Shown piece by piece: positions 29,307 through 41,561 of a stretch of DNA of 64,000 nt. The notes below the pieces were generated by a model, which worked only from the letters and a program-made list of their open reading frames with translations, ran no database searches and had not been told where the DNA came from. Numbering within the stretch: position 1 is the first letter of the stretch; each line of letters opens with the position of its first letter. The position numbers and the translations under genes are program-made. Origin of the DNA: Actinomycetota bacterium (lineage in GTDB: Bacteria > Actinomycetota > Acidimicrobiia > Spongiisociales > ZC4RG35); contig JBQTHI010000012.1 in the NCBI GenBank assembly GCA_052390035.1, positions 13,038 to 77,037 of the forward strand, read 5' to 3'.

Positions 29307-30407
29307 ATGTCGTTGACCGGGCATCTTGATGTTTTTCCGCTGGAGGAAGTTCTCCGCCTGCTGGCGCGCTCGTACAAGAGCGGCTGCTTGCGGGTCGACT
29401 CGGCGGAAGTGCACGGTCGGATCTTCCTCAATAGCGGTTCGCTCTCCTTCGCCACAGTGGGGACGGATGACGAGCTCCGGCGGCAGCTTATTTCGTCCGA
29501 GTTGGTCGGCGAGGAGGCCCTGCGGGCGGCTGAGATCGGCGGTCGATCACTATCTGGGTCCACCCTCAATGCCAACCAGCTTGGGGACCTCTTTCGCGAG
29601 GAGATAGTCGAAAGTCTTTATCGGATTCGCCGACCGGGGCGGGGCCAGTTTGTGTTCAACGTGGACGTAGCGCCTCGCTACCGGAGCGAAGAAGTGTTCG
29701 ACGTGGAATTGTGCGTGTCGGAAGCCGATCGGCGAGCGGCAGAATGGGCGGATGTCGAGTCGGTGATCCCGACCATCGACCTGAACCTGCGGATCGCCCC
29801 CAACGCTCCCAACAATGAGCCGGTGACGCTCGCTCCTAACACCTGGCGGCTGATTGCCAGCTTCGAGGGGACTTCGTCGGTGCGGGCCCTTTCCGATCGC
29901 CTCGGTCTGAGCCGATTCCGTACGGCGAAGGATCTCACCGCCTTGGTGCGCGCCGGACTTGTGGAACCGGTCGTGACGGCCCCGGCAGCCGAGGCACCCC
30001 GGGTGACCTTGGCACCTGAACCGGTCGCCGAGATGGTCCCGCCCGAGCGGGTTGCCGAGTCACCGGGCGAAGTAAGTCATGACAGAGGGTGGTGGACGGA
30101 ACCGGTTGATGAGCCCGTTACCGCCGAGGAGGGACCCGCCGAAGAGACGTTCACAGAGGAACCAGTCGCCGGTGAGACCACCCTCGCCGAATCAGGGGTA
30201 CCCCGGGCATTTGAGCCATCGGCCGATCAACCCTCGGGGGAGGCTGCCGAGACCGCACCTACCGAGGAGGAATCCAGGGAGTCGTTTCTCGACAAAGTCT
30301 TCGCCCAACTCAATGAAAGCCCCGAGAGCCCCGCTAACGAATCGTCGACGGTCGGACATGGCTTTCTCAAGCGGAGGCGGATGAGTTCGGTCGGGCTCGA
30401 CGACTAA
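29307..30407 (+). CDS. PATAN/DUF4388 domain protein with an acidic Pro/Glu-rich C-terminal tail
   Basis: N-terminus LTGHLDVFPLEEVLRLLARSYKSGCLRVDSAEVHGRIFLNSGSLSFA...GRGQFVFN matches the DUF4388 pattern (G-L-x-F-x-L-x-[DE]-[VIL]-LQ-LL...G-x-L). The middle region looks wHTH-like (SSVRALSDRLGLSRFRTAKDLTALVRAGLVE). The last 130 aa or so are low-complexity E/P/A/T. GAAGAGAAGG lies upstream of the ATG at 29307. Confidence 0.6.
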   Translation: MSLTGHLDVFPLEEVLRLLARSYKSGCLRVDSAEVHGRIFLNSGSLSFATVGTDDELRRQLISSELVGEEALRAAEIGGRSLSGSTLNANQLGDLFREEIVESLYRIRRPGRGQFVFNVDVAPRYRSEEVFDVELCVSEADRRAAEWADVESVIPTIDLNLRIAPNAPNNEPVTLAPNTWRLIASFEGTSSVRALSDRLGLSRFRTAKDLTALVRAGLVEPVVTAPAAEAPRVTLAPEPVAEMVPPERVAESPGEVSHDRGWWTEPVDEPVTAEEGPAEETFTEEPVAGETTLAESGVPRAFEPSADQPSGEAAETAPTEEESRESFLDKVFAQLNESPESPANESSTVGHGFLKRRRMSSVGLDD

Positions 30408-30431
30408 AGCGCTCTAACGTCCTCGCCCGAG

Positions 30432-31142
30432 GTGCCGATCGCTTTTGCCGGCCTCGCCGGGCTCCTGCTTGGACCATTGCTGCACGGCTGGGCGGTTGAA
30501 GCAGGAGCGGACCAATCCTTCTCGCTGAGTCCGGCCTGCCCCCGTCACCCGTCGCAAACTCGTGGCGGCATCACGCGCTGTGGGTGTGGGCGGCTTCGCT
30601 GGCGAGAGCTGGTGACTGCGCTGGTGGTGGGAGCGATGTTTGCCGCCTTCGCCAGTAGCGTTGGCTGGCGACCGGTGTTAGCTGCCCATCTGGTGATGGT
30701 GGCGCTTACCGCCATGCTCATCATCACCGATCTCGACCATTTCCGGATTCCCAACCGTCTGCTATATCCGGGTTCGGCGGTGTGCCTGGGACTTCTGACC
30801 ATCGGGGCCGGGGTCGAAGATGAATGGTTGTCGCTCCGGGACGGATTGGTGGCGGCAGCCATCTACTTCGCGCTGCTGCTGGCGGTCTTTCTCGCTGCCC
30901 GGGGTGACGGATTCGGCTTCGGTGACGTCAAGCTGGCAGCTCTTCTCGGCCTCTTCACCGGTTACCAAGCTTTGCGTCTGCTCGCCTCAGCCCTGCTGAT
31001 CACGGCAATCCTGGGTGGGGTGCCGGCGATTGTCATGCTGGCGATGGGCCGTGGCCGCAAGACCGCCATTCCGTACGGTCCTCCTCTCATCCTGGGGGCG
31101 TGGGGGGCGATCCTTTTAGCCCACCGACTCGTGGGCAAATGA
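30432..31142 (+). CDS. A24-family prepilin (type IV leader) peptidase
   Basis: Polytopic membrane protein with the two-Asp pattern (ITDLDHFRIPN and GFGFGDVKLAALLG). It occupies the usual actinobacterial position upstream of aroC. Confidence 0.75.
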   Translation: MPIAFAGLAGLLLGPLLHGWAVEAGADQSFSLSPACPRHPSQTRGGITRCGCGRLRWRELVTALVVGAMFAAFASSVGWRPVLAAHLVMVALTAMLIITDLDHFRIPNRLLYPGSAVCLGLLTIGAGVEDEWLSLRDGLVAAAIYFALLLAVFLAARGDGFGFGDVKLAALLGLFTGYQALRLLASALLITAILGGVPAIVMLAMGRGRKTAIPYGPPLILGAWGAILLAHRLVGK

Positions 31143-31163
31143 CCCGGCTATAGCATCAGCCAC

Positions 31164-32315
31164 ATGTTGCGCTTTTTGACTGCGGGAGAGTCCCACGGAC
31201 CGGGATTGGTCGCCGTGGTCGAGGGACTCCCGGCCGGACTGGCGGTCGATCCTGCTGGCCTATCTCGCGAGCTTGCCCGCCGCCGGCTGGGGCTGGGGCG
31301 GGGAGCCAGGATGCGGATCGAGCGGGATGAGTTCGAGATCCTGGGCGGGGTTCGTCATGGCCGCACTCTTGGGTCGCCGGTGGCGATCATCATTCGAAAT
31401 ACCGAGTGGCCCCGCTGGCAGACGACGATGGATCCCGAACCGGTCGGTGACCCGGTTGAACGTCTCACCACCCCCCGACCGGGACATGCCGACCTCACCG
31501 GGATGTTGAAATACGACACTCACGACGCCCGCGACATCCTGGAGCGAGCCTCGGCGAGGGAAACGGCGGCTCGCACGGTGGTGGGCTATCTCGCCAAGCA
31601 GCTCTTGCAATCCGTCGGTATCTCGGTGTTGTCCCATGTGGTCGCTATCGGTAAGGCGACTGCCCCTAATTCTCCGCTGCCGGCGTTCTCAGACCTGGCC
31701 GCGATCGACGAGTCCCCGGTGCGATGCTTCTATCCCGAGGCAGCGGAGGTGATGGCAGCCGAGATCGAGTCCGCCCGAGCCGACCGTGACACGATCGGGG
31801 GAGTGGTCGAAGTCATCGCTTATGGCCTGCCGACCGGGCTCGGAAGCCATGTTCATTGGGACCGTAAGGTCGACGCCCGGCTGGCTGAGGCGCTCATGTC
31901 GATCCCGGCGATCAAGGCCGTGGAGGTGGGCGACGGGATGGAGTCGGCAAGTCGGCGAGGATCGGAGGCCCATGACGAGATCTTCTTTAGCGACGGTTTC
32001 CACCGCCCGACCACCCGGGCTGGGGGCATCGAGGGGGGCATGACCATCGGTGGGTTGCTGCGGGTGAGAGCTGCCATGAAACCCATCTCCACCGTTCTCA
32101 AAGGCCTCCAGTCGGTCAACGTGGACACCAAGGCAGCCGAGAGGTCTTTTTACGAACGATCCGACACTTGTGCCGTGCCGGCCGCCGGGGTGGTCGCCGA
32201 GCAGGTGGTGGCGGTTGTCTTAGCAGAGGAGTGCCAACGGATGTTGGGCGGCGACACCGTTGACGATTTCCAGCAGGCGATGAAAAGGTACCGCGACCGG
32301 TTGAGCAGGTACTAG
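31164..32315 (+). CDS. aroC: chorismate synthase
   Basis: MLRFLTAGESHGPGL, RPGHADL, SARETAARV and GGIEGGMT. Confidence 0.95.
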   Translation: MLRFLTAGESHGPGLVAVVEGLPAGLAVDPAGLSRELARRRLGLGRGARMRIERDEFEILGGVRHGRTLGSPVAIIIRNTEWPRWQTTMDPEPVGDPVERLTTPRPGHADLTGMLKYDTHDARDILERASARETAARTVVGYLAKQLLQSVGISVLSHVVAIGKATAPNSPLPAFSDLAAIDESPVRCFYPEAAEVMAAEIESARADRDTIGGVVEVIAYGLPTGLGSHVHWDRKVDARLAEALMSIPAIKAVEVGDGMESASRRGSEAHDEIFFSDGFHRPTTRAGGIEGGMTIGGLLRVRAAMKPISTVLKGLQSVNVDTKAAERSFYERSDTCAVPAAGVVAEQVVAVVLAEECQRMLGGDTVDDFQQAMKRYRDRLSRY

Positions 32316-33350
32316 TTGGAACTGATCAAGCGGATAGTCATCCCCGGGGTGGAGCGGCCCACGGTCAGCGAGGTCCTTATCGGACGCGGATTGCCGTCGC
32401 CGCTCCTGGCCCCTCGGGAAGATCGGGGAATGGCGGTGGTCGTCAGCCAGCCAGGCGCCGCCTCTTTCGCCGCTCGGGTCGCCGAGCTCATCGGGGCAGA
32501 AGTGATCGAGGTGCCCGATCGGGAACAAGCCAAGACCTTGGCGGTGGCCGAGAGCCTGTACGGCCGCTTGGCATCAATCGACCTGGGCCGCCGCGACACC
32601 CTGGTGGGAGTCGGCGGGGGAGCGGTGACCGACCTGGCGGGGTTTGTCGCTGCGACCTGGCTACGCGGTGTGGAGGCCGTCCTGGTTCCTACCACCCTGC
32701 TGGCTGCCGTTGACGCCGCCATCGGCGGTAAAACCGGCGTCAACTTTGCAGGCAAGAACCTCGTGGGCGCTTTTCATCTCCCCACCCGGGTAGTGATCGA
32801 CGTGGAGGTCCTTGAGTCCCTTCCATTGCCTCTTCGGCTGGAAGGCTTGGCCGAGGCACTCAAGGCCGGTCTGGTCGGGGACCCCCAGCTGGTCGAGTTG
32901 CTGGCAAGCCAGGGTGGGACGGCGCCCCTCGACGAGGTCGTAGCCCGGTCGGTGGCGGTCAAGGCGTCGGTGGTGGCAGGCGATCTATACGAAGCGGGAC
33001 GCCGGGCGATCCTCAATTACGGGCATACCATCGGCCACGCGGTTGAGAACGTGTCCGGTATTCCACACGGCCTGGCGGTAGCCGTGGGAATGGTTGCGGC
33101 GGGAACAATCTCGGCCCTTCGTTACGGCTTTCCCCACCACTGGCAGAACGATGTGATCTTCTCTTTGGGTTTGCCGGTGGCAGCCAACGGAATCTCGGCG
33201 CGGGCGGTGAAGGACATGGTGCAGCGGGACAAGAAACGCTCGGGCACCGGCATCAGAATGGTTCTCCTCCGGGGGATAGCCGACCCCGTTGTTGTCGATG
33301 TCACCGAAGATGAGCTTCATCGCGGTCTCGCCGCGGTCGGCATCGGCTGA
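32316..33350 (+). CDS. aroB: 3-dehydroquinate synthase
   Basis: GVGGGAVTDLAGFVAATWLRG, DAAIGGKTGVN and NYGHTIGHA. A TTG start immediately follows the aroC TAG. Confidence 0.9.
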   Translation: MELIKRIVIPGVERPTVSEVLIGRGLPSPLLAPREDRGMAVVVSQPGAASFAARVAELIGAEVIEVPDREQAKTLAVAESLYGRLASIDLGRRDTLVGVGGGAVTDLAGFVAATWLRGVEAVLVPTTLLAAVDAAIGGKTGVNFAGKNLVGAFHLPTRVVIDVEVLESLPLPLRLEGLAEALKAGLVGDPQLVELLASQGGTAPLDEVVARSVAVKASVVAGDLYEAGRRAILNYGHTIGHAVENVSGIPHGLAVAVGMVAAGTISALRYGFPHHWQNDVIFSLGLPVAANGISARAVKDMVQRDKKRSGTGIRMVLLRGIADPVVVDVTEDELHRGLAAVGIG

Positions 33351-33385
33351 ATGCCGGGCCGGGTATCCTTCCGCCCCTTCACACG

Positions 33386-33943
33386 ATGGCATCGACTAAC
33401 GACGTTCGCCCGGGCCAGGCGCTCGATCTCAGCGACGGGATCTTTACGATCGTTGAATACCAACATGTCAAGCCGGGAAAAGGCAGAGCATTTGTCCGGA
33501 TGAAGCTGCGGAACGTTGAGACCGGCCAGGTGCTCGACCGGACATTCCGGGCGGGCGAGGATGTGGCCCAGGCAATCATCGAGCGTCGCGATCACACCTA
33601 TCTCTACCGAGACGACTTGGGCCTCCACTTCATGAGTCTGGACGACTTCAGCCAATTTGCGATGAGTCCAGAAGACGCCGGCGAGGCCGCCTCCTATCTG
33701 ATCGATGGAATGACGATCACCCTTGCCCTCTACAAGGGGAATCCGATTTCGGTTGAACTTCCCGCCTCGGTGGAGATGGAGGTCACCTACACCGAACCGG
33801 GAGTCAGGGGTGACAGGGTCTCAGCTGCGACCAAACCGGCCACCACCCAGACCGGGTTGGTCGTGCAGGTGCCCCTCTTCGTCAGCATTGGCGACCGGAT
33901 CAAGGTCGACACTCGCAGCGGCAGCTATCTAACCCGGGTGTGA
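33386..33943 (+). CDS. efp: elongation factor P
   Basis: ASTNDVRPG, HVKPGKGRAFVRMKLRN and GDRIKVDTRSGSYLTRV. Confidence 0.95.
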   Translation: MASTNDVRPGQALDLSDGIFTIVEYQHVKPGKGRAFVRMKLRNVETGQVLDRTFRAGEDVAQAIIERRDHTYLYRDDLGLHFMSLDDFSQFAMSPEDAGEAASYLIDGMTITLALYKGNPISVELPASVEMEVTYTEPGVRGDRVSAATKPATTQTGLVVQVPLFVSIGDRIKVDTRSGSYLTRV

Positions 33944-34326
33944 CCGCCGAGCCCCGTGATCTGGCGGTTCAGGCACTTTACGAGGCTGATCAACGCGACC
34001 TCTCCATGATCGAAGTGGACCTACCTCCCAAGGCGGCGAGGCTGGTGTCCGGCGTCCTCCAACACGTGGCCGAACTGGATCACGACATCGACCGCGCTTC
34101 GCAAAACTGGAGAATTGAGCGAATGCCGGTCGTCGACAAGGCGATCCTCCGTTTGGGGCTCTATGAACTCCGTTACGAAGAAACGCCGACTCCGGTCATT
34201 ATCTCCGAGGCTGTACGCCTCGCCAAAACGTTCAGCACCGAGCGAAGCGGCGCCTTTGTCAACGGCGTGCTTGCCACCCTGGCCGAGCGGGAGCGTTCGG
34301 GCGCCTCAGCAAGGAACGATGAGTGA
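33940..34326 (+). CDS. nusB: transcription antitermination factor NusB
   Basis: ALYEAD, DKAILRLGLYEL, ISEAVRLAKTF and FVNGVL. The start is GTGA-coupled to efp. Confidence 0.9.
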   Translation: MTAEPRDLAVQALYEADQRDLSMIEVDLPPKAARLVSGVLQHVAELDHDIDRASQNWRIERMPVVDKAILRLGLYELRYEETPTPVIISEAVRLAKTFSTERSGAFVNGVLATLAERERSGASARNDE

Positions 34327-34393
34327 CCTGACACCAAGGTCAGCGACGATGTCCATCTCGTCCATTGACACCGGGCGGCTCCGGGTGTGCTGA

Positions 34394-35924
<1,531 letters not shown>

Positions 35925-35928
<4 letters not shown>

Positions 35929-37187
35929 TCGCCATCCGCAACGGCTCGGTGCTCACCCGGGACGGGATGATCGAAGCCGATCTGCTAATCGACCAGGATC
36001 GGATAACACGGGTCGGCGGCAGCTTCGACGCCGACACCACACTCGATGCGGCAGGTGCATGGGTTGGACCCGGTCTGGTCGACCTTCACGCCCATTTTCG
36101 GGAGCCCGGACAGGAGTGGAAGGAGGACATCGAATCCGGTTCGCGAGCCGCCATCAGCGGTGGGTTCACCGCGGTGGTGACTATGCCGAACACCGAGCCG
36201 GCCATCGATGCAGGCCACCGGGCTCGTTATGTCATCGAGCGCGCCCGCCAAGTTGGCCTCTGCCAGGTGGTTCCCGCCGGGGCGATCACGATGGGCCGAT
36301 CAGGAGAGGTGATGTCTCATCTCGAGGAGATGTGGGAGGCGGGAGTCAGGATATTCTCCGACGACGGCTCTTCCGTGAGCGACGCCGGGCTCCTCCGCCT
36401 TGTTATGGATTACGTCGCCGAGAAGGGTGGCGTCATCGCTCAGCACGCCGAAGACCTAGGGCTGTCTAACGGCGGTCACATGCACGAGGGGGCGGTCTCG
36501 TCATGGCTGGGAATCAGGGGCATCCCAGCTCTTGCCGAGGAAGTGGTGGTGGCCCGTGACCTCGCCCTCGCCCAGGTGACCGGCGTGCGATATCACGTCC
36601 AGCATGCCTCCACCCAAAAGACCGTCTCCATGGTGGCCGCCGCCAAGCTCGCTGGGCTTCCGATCACCGTTGAGGTTTCTCCCCATCACCTCTCCTTCCA
36701 TGAGCAGAACCTCCTGACGATGGACCCGGCTTACAAGATGTACCCCCCGTTGCGAACCGCCACCGATGCCGCCGCCCTGGCTAATGGCTTACGCGATGGG
36801 ACGATCGATGCGGTAGCCACCGATCACGCTCCCCATGCCGCCTTCGAGACCGAGGTCCCCTTTGAAGAGGCCCCGAGAGGGGTGATCGGGCTGGAGACGG
36901 CAGCGGCGGCGGTTAACAGTTCGGTTGGGCTGGCGGCGGAGAGCTTCTTTGCGAGGCTGTCGATCGACCCGGCCCGGATCGCCGGCCTTGCCGACCAGGG
37001 CCTGCCCGTTGAGGAGGGCAACATCGCCAACCTGGTCGTGTTTGACCCTGACTTGATTTGGCGGGTTGAATCCTTCAGGTCGAAGGCCGCCAACTCTCCG
37101 TTCCTCGGAAGAGACCTGCAGGGGATGGTGCTGGCCACCATCTTTGAAGGCCGCCTGACCCATGCGCGGGAATCGGTGGGTTCGTGA
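35925..37187 (+). CDS. pyrC: dihydroorotase
   Basis: GLVDLHAHFREPG, AVATDHAPH and a matching length. The start is GTGA-coupled to pyrB. Confidence 0.9.
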
Positions 37188-38332
37188 ACGGGCTGCTCGC
37201 TACGGCCGACGGAGAGTTGTTCCGCGGCCGGTCGGTGGGGGTCAACGGGATGACTACCGGCGAGCTGGTCTTCAACACCTCGATGACCGGCTATCAGGAG
37301 GTGTTGACCGACCCGTCTTATGCCGGACAGGTCGTGGTGATGACCACTTCGCACATCGGCAACTACGGGACCTCGCCGGCCGACGATCAGGCCGTCAGTC
37401 CGGCGGCGCGGGGCCTGGTGGTCCGCAGCTGGTCCGCACGCCACTCCAGCTGGCGGGCGGAGGGGTCGCTTTCCGCACTGCTCGATCGGCATCAGCTGGT
37501 GGCGCTTGCCGACGTCGATACACGCCGTCTCACCAGACACATCCGGGAGAGGGGGGCGATGCCGGTAGCCCTGGGCACCGACGTCGATCACCAGGAACTG
37601 GTCGAGGCGGCGGCGGCGGCTCCCCGGATGGAAGGCCAGGAGCTGGCCACCTCCGTATCCACTCGGGAGCCGTATGCGGTGCCGGCGACCGGCCAACGCC
37701 GGGGCCGGGTGGTCGCGATTGATCTGGGGATCAAGTCCGACATCCTTCGCCAGCTGGCGGCTCGCGGGTTGGATGTGGAGGTGGTGCCGGCCACCACCGG
37801 CGCCGCCCAGGTGCTGGCCTACCAGCCCGACGGGGTGTTCGTCTCCAACGGCCCGGGGGATCCCAAGCCGCTAGCGGCAACCGCCATCACCCTTCAACAG
37901 CTTTTGGGAAGAGTTCCGGTTTTTGGTATCTGCCTCGGCCACCAGGTCTTGGGCCTGGCGGTGGGTGCCACCACCTACAAGCTTCCGTTTGGCCACCACG
38001 GTGGTAACCACCCGGTGCGGCGCCTCTCCGACGGACGGGTGTCGATCACCAGCCAGAATCACGGTTTTGCGGTCGACCTGTGGTCGTTGACCGGCCGGCC
38101 TCGTCCCGAACGGCATGGCCTGCCCGGTCCCGATCTGCTCCCCGCAGAGGTCGAAACATCAGTCGGCGTCCTCGCCGCCACCCATCAGAACCTCAACGAC
38201 GGGACGTTGGAGGGCATGGCGTGTCGCGACGTGGAGGCTTTTTCGGTCCAATACCACCCGGAGGCCGCTCCCGGTCCGCATGACGCCGTGGGCCTCTTCG
38301 ACCAGTTCATGATGCTGATGAACCTTGCCTAG
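37184..38332 (+). CDS. carA: carbamoyl-phosphate synthase small (glutaminase) subunit
   Basis: [14 protein letters not shown]-type block ([21 protein letters not shown]), GICLGHQ (catalytic Cys) and VQYHPEA. Confidence 0.95.
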   Translation: MNGLLATADGELFRGRSVGVNGMTTGELVFNTSMTGYQEVLTDPSYAGQVVVMTTSHIGNYGTSPADDQAVSPAARGLVVRSWSARHSSWRAEGSLSALLDRHQLVALADVDTRRLTRHIRERGAMPVALGTDVDHQELVEAAAAAPRMEGQELATSVSTREPYAVPATGQRRGRVVAIDLGIKSDILRQLAARGLDVEVVPATTGAAQVLAYQPDGVFVSNGPGDPKPLAATAITLQQLLGRVPVFGICLGHQVLGLAVGATTYKLPFGHHGGNHPVRRLSDGRVSITSQNHGFAVDLWSLTGRPRPERHGLPGPDLLPAEVETSVGVLAATHQNLNDGTLEGMACRDVEAFSVQYHPEAAPGPHDAVGLFDQFMMLMNLA

Positions 38333-41300
38333 ACGCAACGATCTCCGGTCCATTCTGCTCATCGGCTCGGGACCGATCGTCATCGGTCAAGGGTGCGAGT
38401 TCGACTATTCGGGCACCCAGGCGGCCAAGGTCCTTCGCCGCGAGGGGTACCGGGTGATACTGGTCAATTCCAACCCGGCGACGATCATGACTGATCCTGA
38501 GTTCGCCGATTCCACCTATATCGAGCCGATCACACCCGAGGTAGTGGAGGAGATCATTGTCCGGGAGCGGCCCGACGCCCTCCTCCCCACCCTCGGTGGT
38601 CAAACTGCCCTCAACCTCACCATGAGGCTGCATAGGGCGGGGGTGCTAGACCGCTTCGGGGTAGAGCTCATCGGTGCAGGAATCGAGGCGATTGAACGGG
38701 CCGAAGATCGCGGCCGGTTCAAGCAGGTGATGGAGGAGGCCGGCCTCGCCGTTCCCCGGGCCGGTTATGCCCGCTCGATGCCGGAGGCGATGCGGATCGC
38801 CGACGAGATTGGATACCCGGTGATGATCCGGCCTTCCTACATCCTCGGTGGCGGCGGAACCGGAATTGCCTACCAGAGGGACATCTTCGTCGAGATCGCC
38901 CGCAAGGGGCTCGACACCTCACCGGTTGGGGAGATTCTGGTCGAAGAGTCGGTTTACGGATGGAAGGAGTTTGAGCTTGAGGTGATGCGCGACACCGCCG
39001 GCAACGCCGTCATCGTCTGCTCCATCGAGAACATCGACCCGATGGGGGTACACACCGGAGACTCGATCACTGTCGCCCCGATCCAGACCCTCTCCGACCG
39101 GGAATACCAGGAGATGCGAGACGATGGAATCAAGGTGCTTGAGGTCATCGGGGTAGCCACTGGCGGCTCCAATGTGCAGTTCGCCGTCGATCCGCGGACC
39201 GGGCGGCGGTTGGTCATCGAGATGAACCCCCGGGTGTCGCGGTCATCGGCCCTCGCCTCCAAGGCGACCGGGTTCCCTATCGCCAAAATCGCCGCGCTGC
39301 TGGCGGTGGGCTACACCCTCGACGAGATACCCAACGACATCACGGGCGCCACCCCTGCCTCTTTCGAGCCAGCCCTCGACTACGTTGTGGTCAAGGTACC
39401 CCGCTTCGACTTCGCCAAGTTCCCTTCCGCCCCAGTTCAGCTGGGTACTTCAATGCGAAGCGTCGGTGAGGCGATGGCGATCGGGCGGACTTTCCCAGAA
39501 GCGCTACAGAAGGCCCTTCGCAGCTTGGAGAACGGGAGGGCAGGGCTCAACGCCGACCCCGCCGAACGGCTGCTGGCATCGTTCACCGACGAAGACCTCT
39601 TGGCGGCGGTGGCCGTACCAACCCCCGATCGGGTCTACCAACTGGCCGAGGCGCTCCGTCGCGGTTTGGAAGTCGACAAGGTGGCCGCCGCCTCGATGAT
39701 CGACCTATGGTTTATCGAGCAGATCACAGAGCTCGTCGACATCCGCACCCGCGCAGAGGCCGCCGGACCAGAAATCGCGATGATGTCAACCGCCAAACGA
39801 GCCGGGTTCTCCGACCGCCAGCTTGGCTACCTGTGGAACCTGCCCGAACGGGAGGTACGCCGGATTCGCCTTGATCAGGGGATCCGCACCACTTTCAAGA
39901 CGGTGGACACCTGTGCCGCCGAGTTCGCCGCCCGGACTCCCTATCTCTATGGCACCTTTGAGGATGAAGACGAGGTGCCGCCCGCCGACCGACCACGGGT
40001 GGTTGTGCTGGGCTCGGGGCCGAACCGGATCGGGCAGGGGATCGAATTCGACTACTGCTGCGTGCATGCTTCGTTCGCGTTGCGCGATGCGGGCTACGAG
40101 ACGGTGATGATCAACTGTAACCCGGAAACGGTTTCCACCGACTACGACACCTCCGACCGTCTCTACTTCGAACCGCTAACAACAGAAGATGTGTTGGCCG
40201 TGGTTGAGGCCGAAGCCCCGGTGGCCGTGATCGTCCAACTCGGCGGGCAGACCCCGCTCAACCTGTCTCGCCGGCTGGCCGAGCACGGTGTCCCGATCGC
40301 CGGCACCTTGCCAGCGTCAATCGAAGCGGCCGAAGATCGACAGAAGTTCTCCGAACTGTGCAAGGAGCTTGGGATCAAGTTGGCGCCACACGGGATCGCC
40401 CACTCGCCGCTCGAGGCCGGGGAGGTCGTTGACAAGGTCGGCTTGCCGGTGGTGATCAGGCCTTCGTATGTGCTGGGCGGTCGCAAGATGAAGGTGATCT
40501 ACGGCTACGACGAGCTGTCCGATTACCTCACCGATCTGTATGGGAGCGCCACCGAGCCAGATATCACCGATGCCCCCCTGTTGATCGACCGGTTTCTCGA
40601 AGCGGCGACCGAAGTGGATGTTGATGCCGTCTACGACGGGGTCGAGTTACTGGTGGGTGGGATCATGGAGCACGTCGAAGAGGCTGGCGTCCATTCGGGC
40701 GACTCGGCCTGTGTCACCCCGCCGCCCACCCTCAATTTGGAAGCCACCCGGCAGATCACTTCCATCACCGAAACCCTGGCGCGGGCTCTTGAGGTGCAGG
40801 GTCTGATCAACATCCAGTTCGCGGTCAAAGGGGATGAGGTCTTCGTCCTCGAGGCCAACCCGAGAGCCTCGCGCACGGTTCCTTTCATCTCCAAGGCCTC
40901 GGGGATTCCTCTCGCCAAGGTGGCGGCGCGGGTCATGATGGGATCCAAACTGGCCGACCTCCGCACCGAAGGTGTGCTGCCGTCGCCCCGAGATGGCGGA
41001 TTCGTGGCCGTTAAGGAGGCGGTGCTTCCCTGGGATCGCTTCCCGGAGGAAGACATCGTGCTCACCCCGGAGATGCGTTCCACCGGGGAGGTGATGGGCA
41101 TCGGAGCCGACGTCGGAGTGGCATATGCCAAGGCTCTCCTCGCGGCCGGACATGTCCTGCCTACCCGCGGTACGGTTTTCCTCTCCCTGGCGGATCGCGA
41201 CAAGCCCATGGGTCTCGCCGTCGCCCAGGCCTTCTCGATGCTCGGGTTCAAGCTGGTGGCGACCCGGGGCACAGCTCGCTTTCTCTCCCACCACGCCATC

Positions 41301-41561
41301 AGCGCCGAAGTAGTCAACAAGGTCGGGGAAGGACCCGATGACACCCGGCACCGGATCGAGGCAGGTGAGGTCAACCTGGTTATCAACACCCCTCGTGGGG
41401 GCCGGGCCCGTTGGGATGGCCGGCTCATCCGCCATACCGCCCGCCGTTTCGACGTCCCGTGTGTTACAACCATCGCCGGGGCCCTGGCGGTGGCAAGGAG
41501 TCTGCGATCGGGTCCGGGAGCGTTGCGCAGGCCACGGAGCTTGCAGGAGTGGCATGGGTGA
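38325..41561 (+). CDS. carB: carbamoyl-phosphate synthase large subunit
   Basis: 1078 aa with duplicated ATP-grasp halves ([14 protein letters not shown] and [14 protein letters not shown]) and a C-terminal MGS-like domain. Confidence 0.95.
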   Translation: MPRRNDLRSILLIGSGPIVIGQGCEFDYSGTQAAKVLRREGYRVILVNSNPATIMTDPEFADSTYIEPITPEVVEEIIVRERPDALLPTLGGQTALNLTMRLHRAGVLDRFGVELIGAGIEAIERAEDRGRFKQVMEEAGLAVPRAGYARSMPEAMRIADEIGYPVMIRPSYILGGGGTGIAYQRDIFVEIARKGLDTSPVGEILVEESVYGWKEFELEVMRDTAGNAVIVCSIENIDPMGVHTGDSITVAPIQTLSDREYQEMRDDGIKVLEVIGVATGGSNVQFAVDPRTGRRLVIEMNPRVSRSSALASKATGFPIAKIAALLAVGYTLDEIPNDITGATPASFEPALDYVVVKVPRFDFAKFPSAPVQLGTSMRSVGEAMAIGRTFPEALQKALRSLENGRAGLNADPAERLLASFTDEDLLAAVAVPTPDRVYQLAEALRRGLEVDKVAAASMIDLWFIEQITELVDIRTRAEAAGPEIAMMSTAKRAGFSDRQLGYLWNLPEREVRRIRLDQGIRTTFKTVDTCAAEFAARTPYLYGTFEDEDEVPPADRPRVVVLGSGPNRIGQGIEFDYCCVHASFALRDAGYETVMINCNPETVSTDYDTSDRLYFEPLTTEDVLAVVEAEAPVAVIVQLGGQTPLNLSRRLAEHGVPIAGTLPASIEAAEDRQKFSELCKELGIKLAPHGIAHSPLEAGEVVDKVGLPVVIRPSYVLGGRKMKVIYGYDELSDYLTDLYGSATEPDITDAPLLIDRFLEAATEVDVDAVYDGVELLVGGIMEHVEEAGVHSGDSACVTPPPTLNLEATRQITSITETLARALEVQGLINIQFAVKGDEVFVLEANPRASRTVPFISKASGIPLAKVAARVMMGSKLADLRTEGVLPSPRDGGFVAVKEAVLPWDRFPEEDIVLTPEMRSTGEVMGIGADVGVAYAKALLAAGHVLPTRGTVFLSLADRDKPMGLAVAQAFSMLGFKLVATRGTARFLSHHAISAEVVNKVGEGPDDTRHRIEAGEVNLVINTPRGGRARWDGRLIRHTARRFDVPCVTTIAGALAVARSLRSGPGALRRPRSLQEWHG

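Noticed and set aside
34368-34392. Imperfect hairpin ACACCGG-GCGGCT-CCGG(G)TGT after nusB as a terminator
   Set aside because: The stem is bulged and short, and it has no following T-tract. This is not convincing as an intrinsic terminator.
34365-34393. Perfect TTGACA (34365-34370) as a -35 box for a pyr promoter
   Set aside because: No acceptable -10 (TANNNT) lies 16-19 nt downstream (TGCTGA/GCTGAA). The hexamer alone is not evidence, so no promoter was called.
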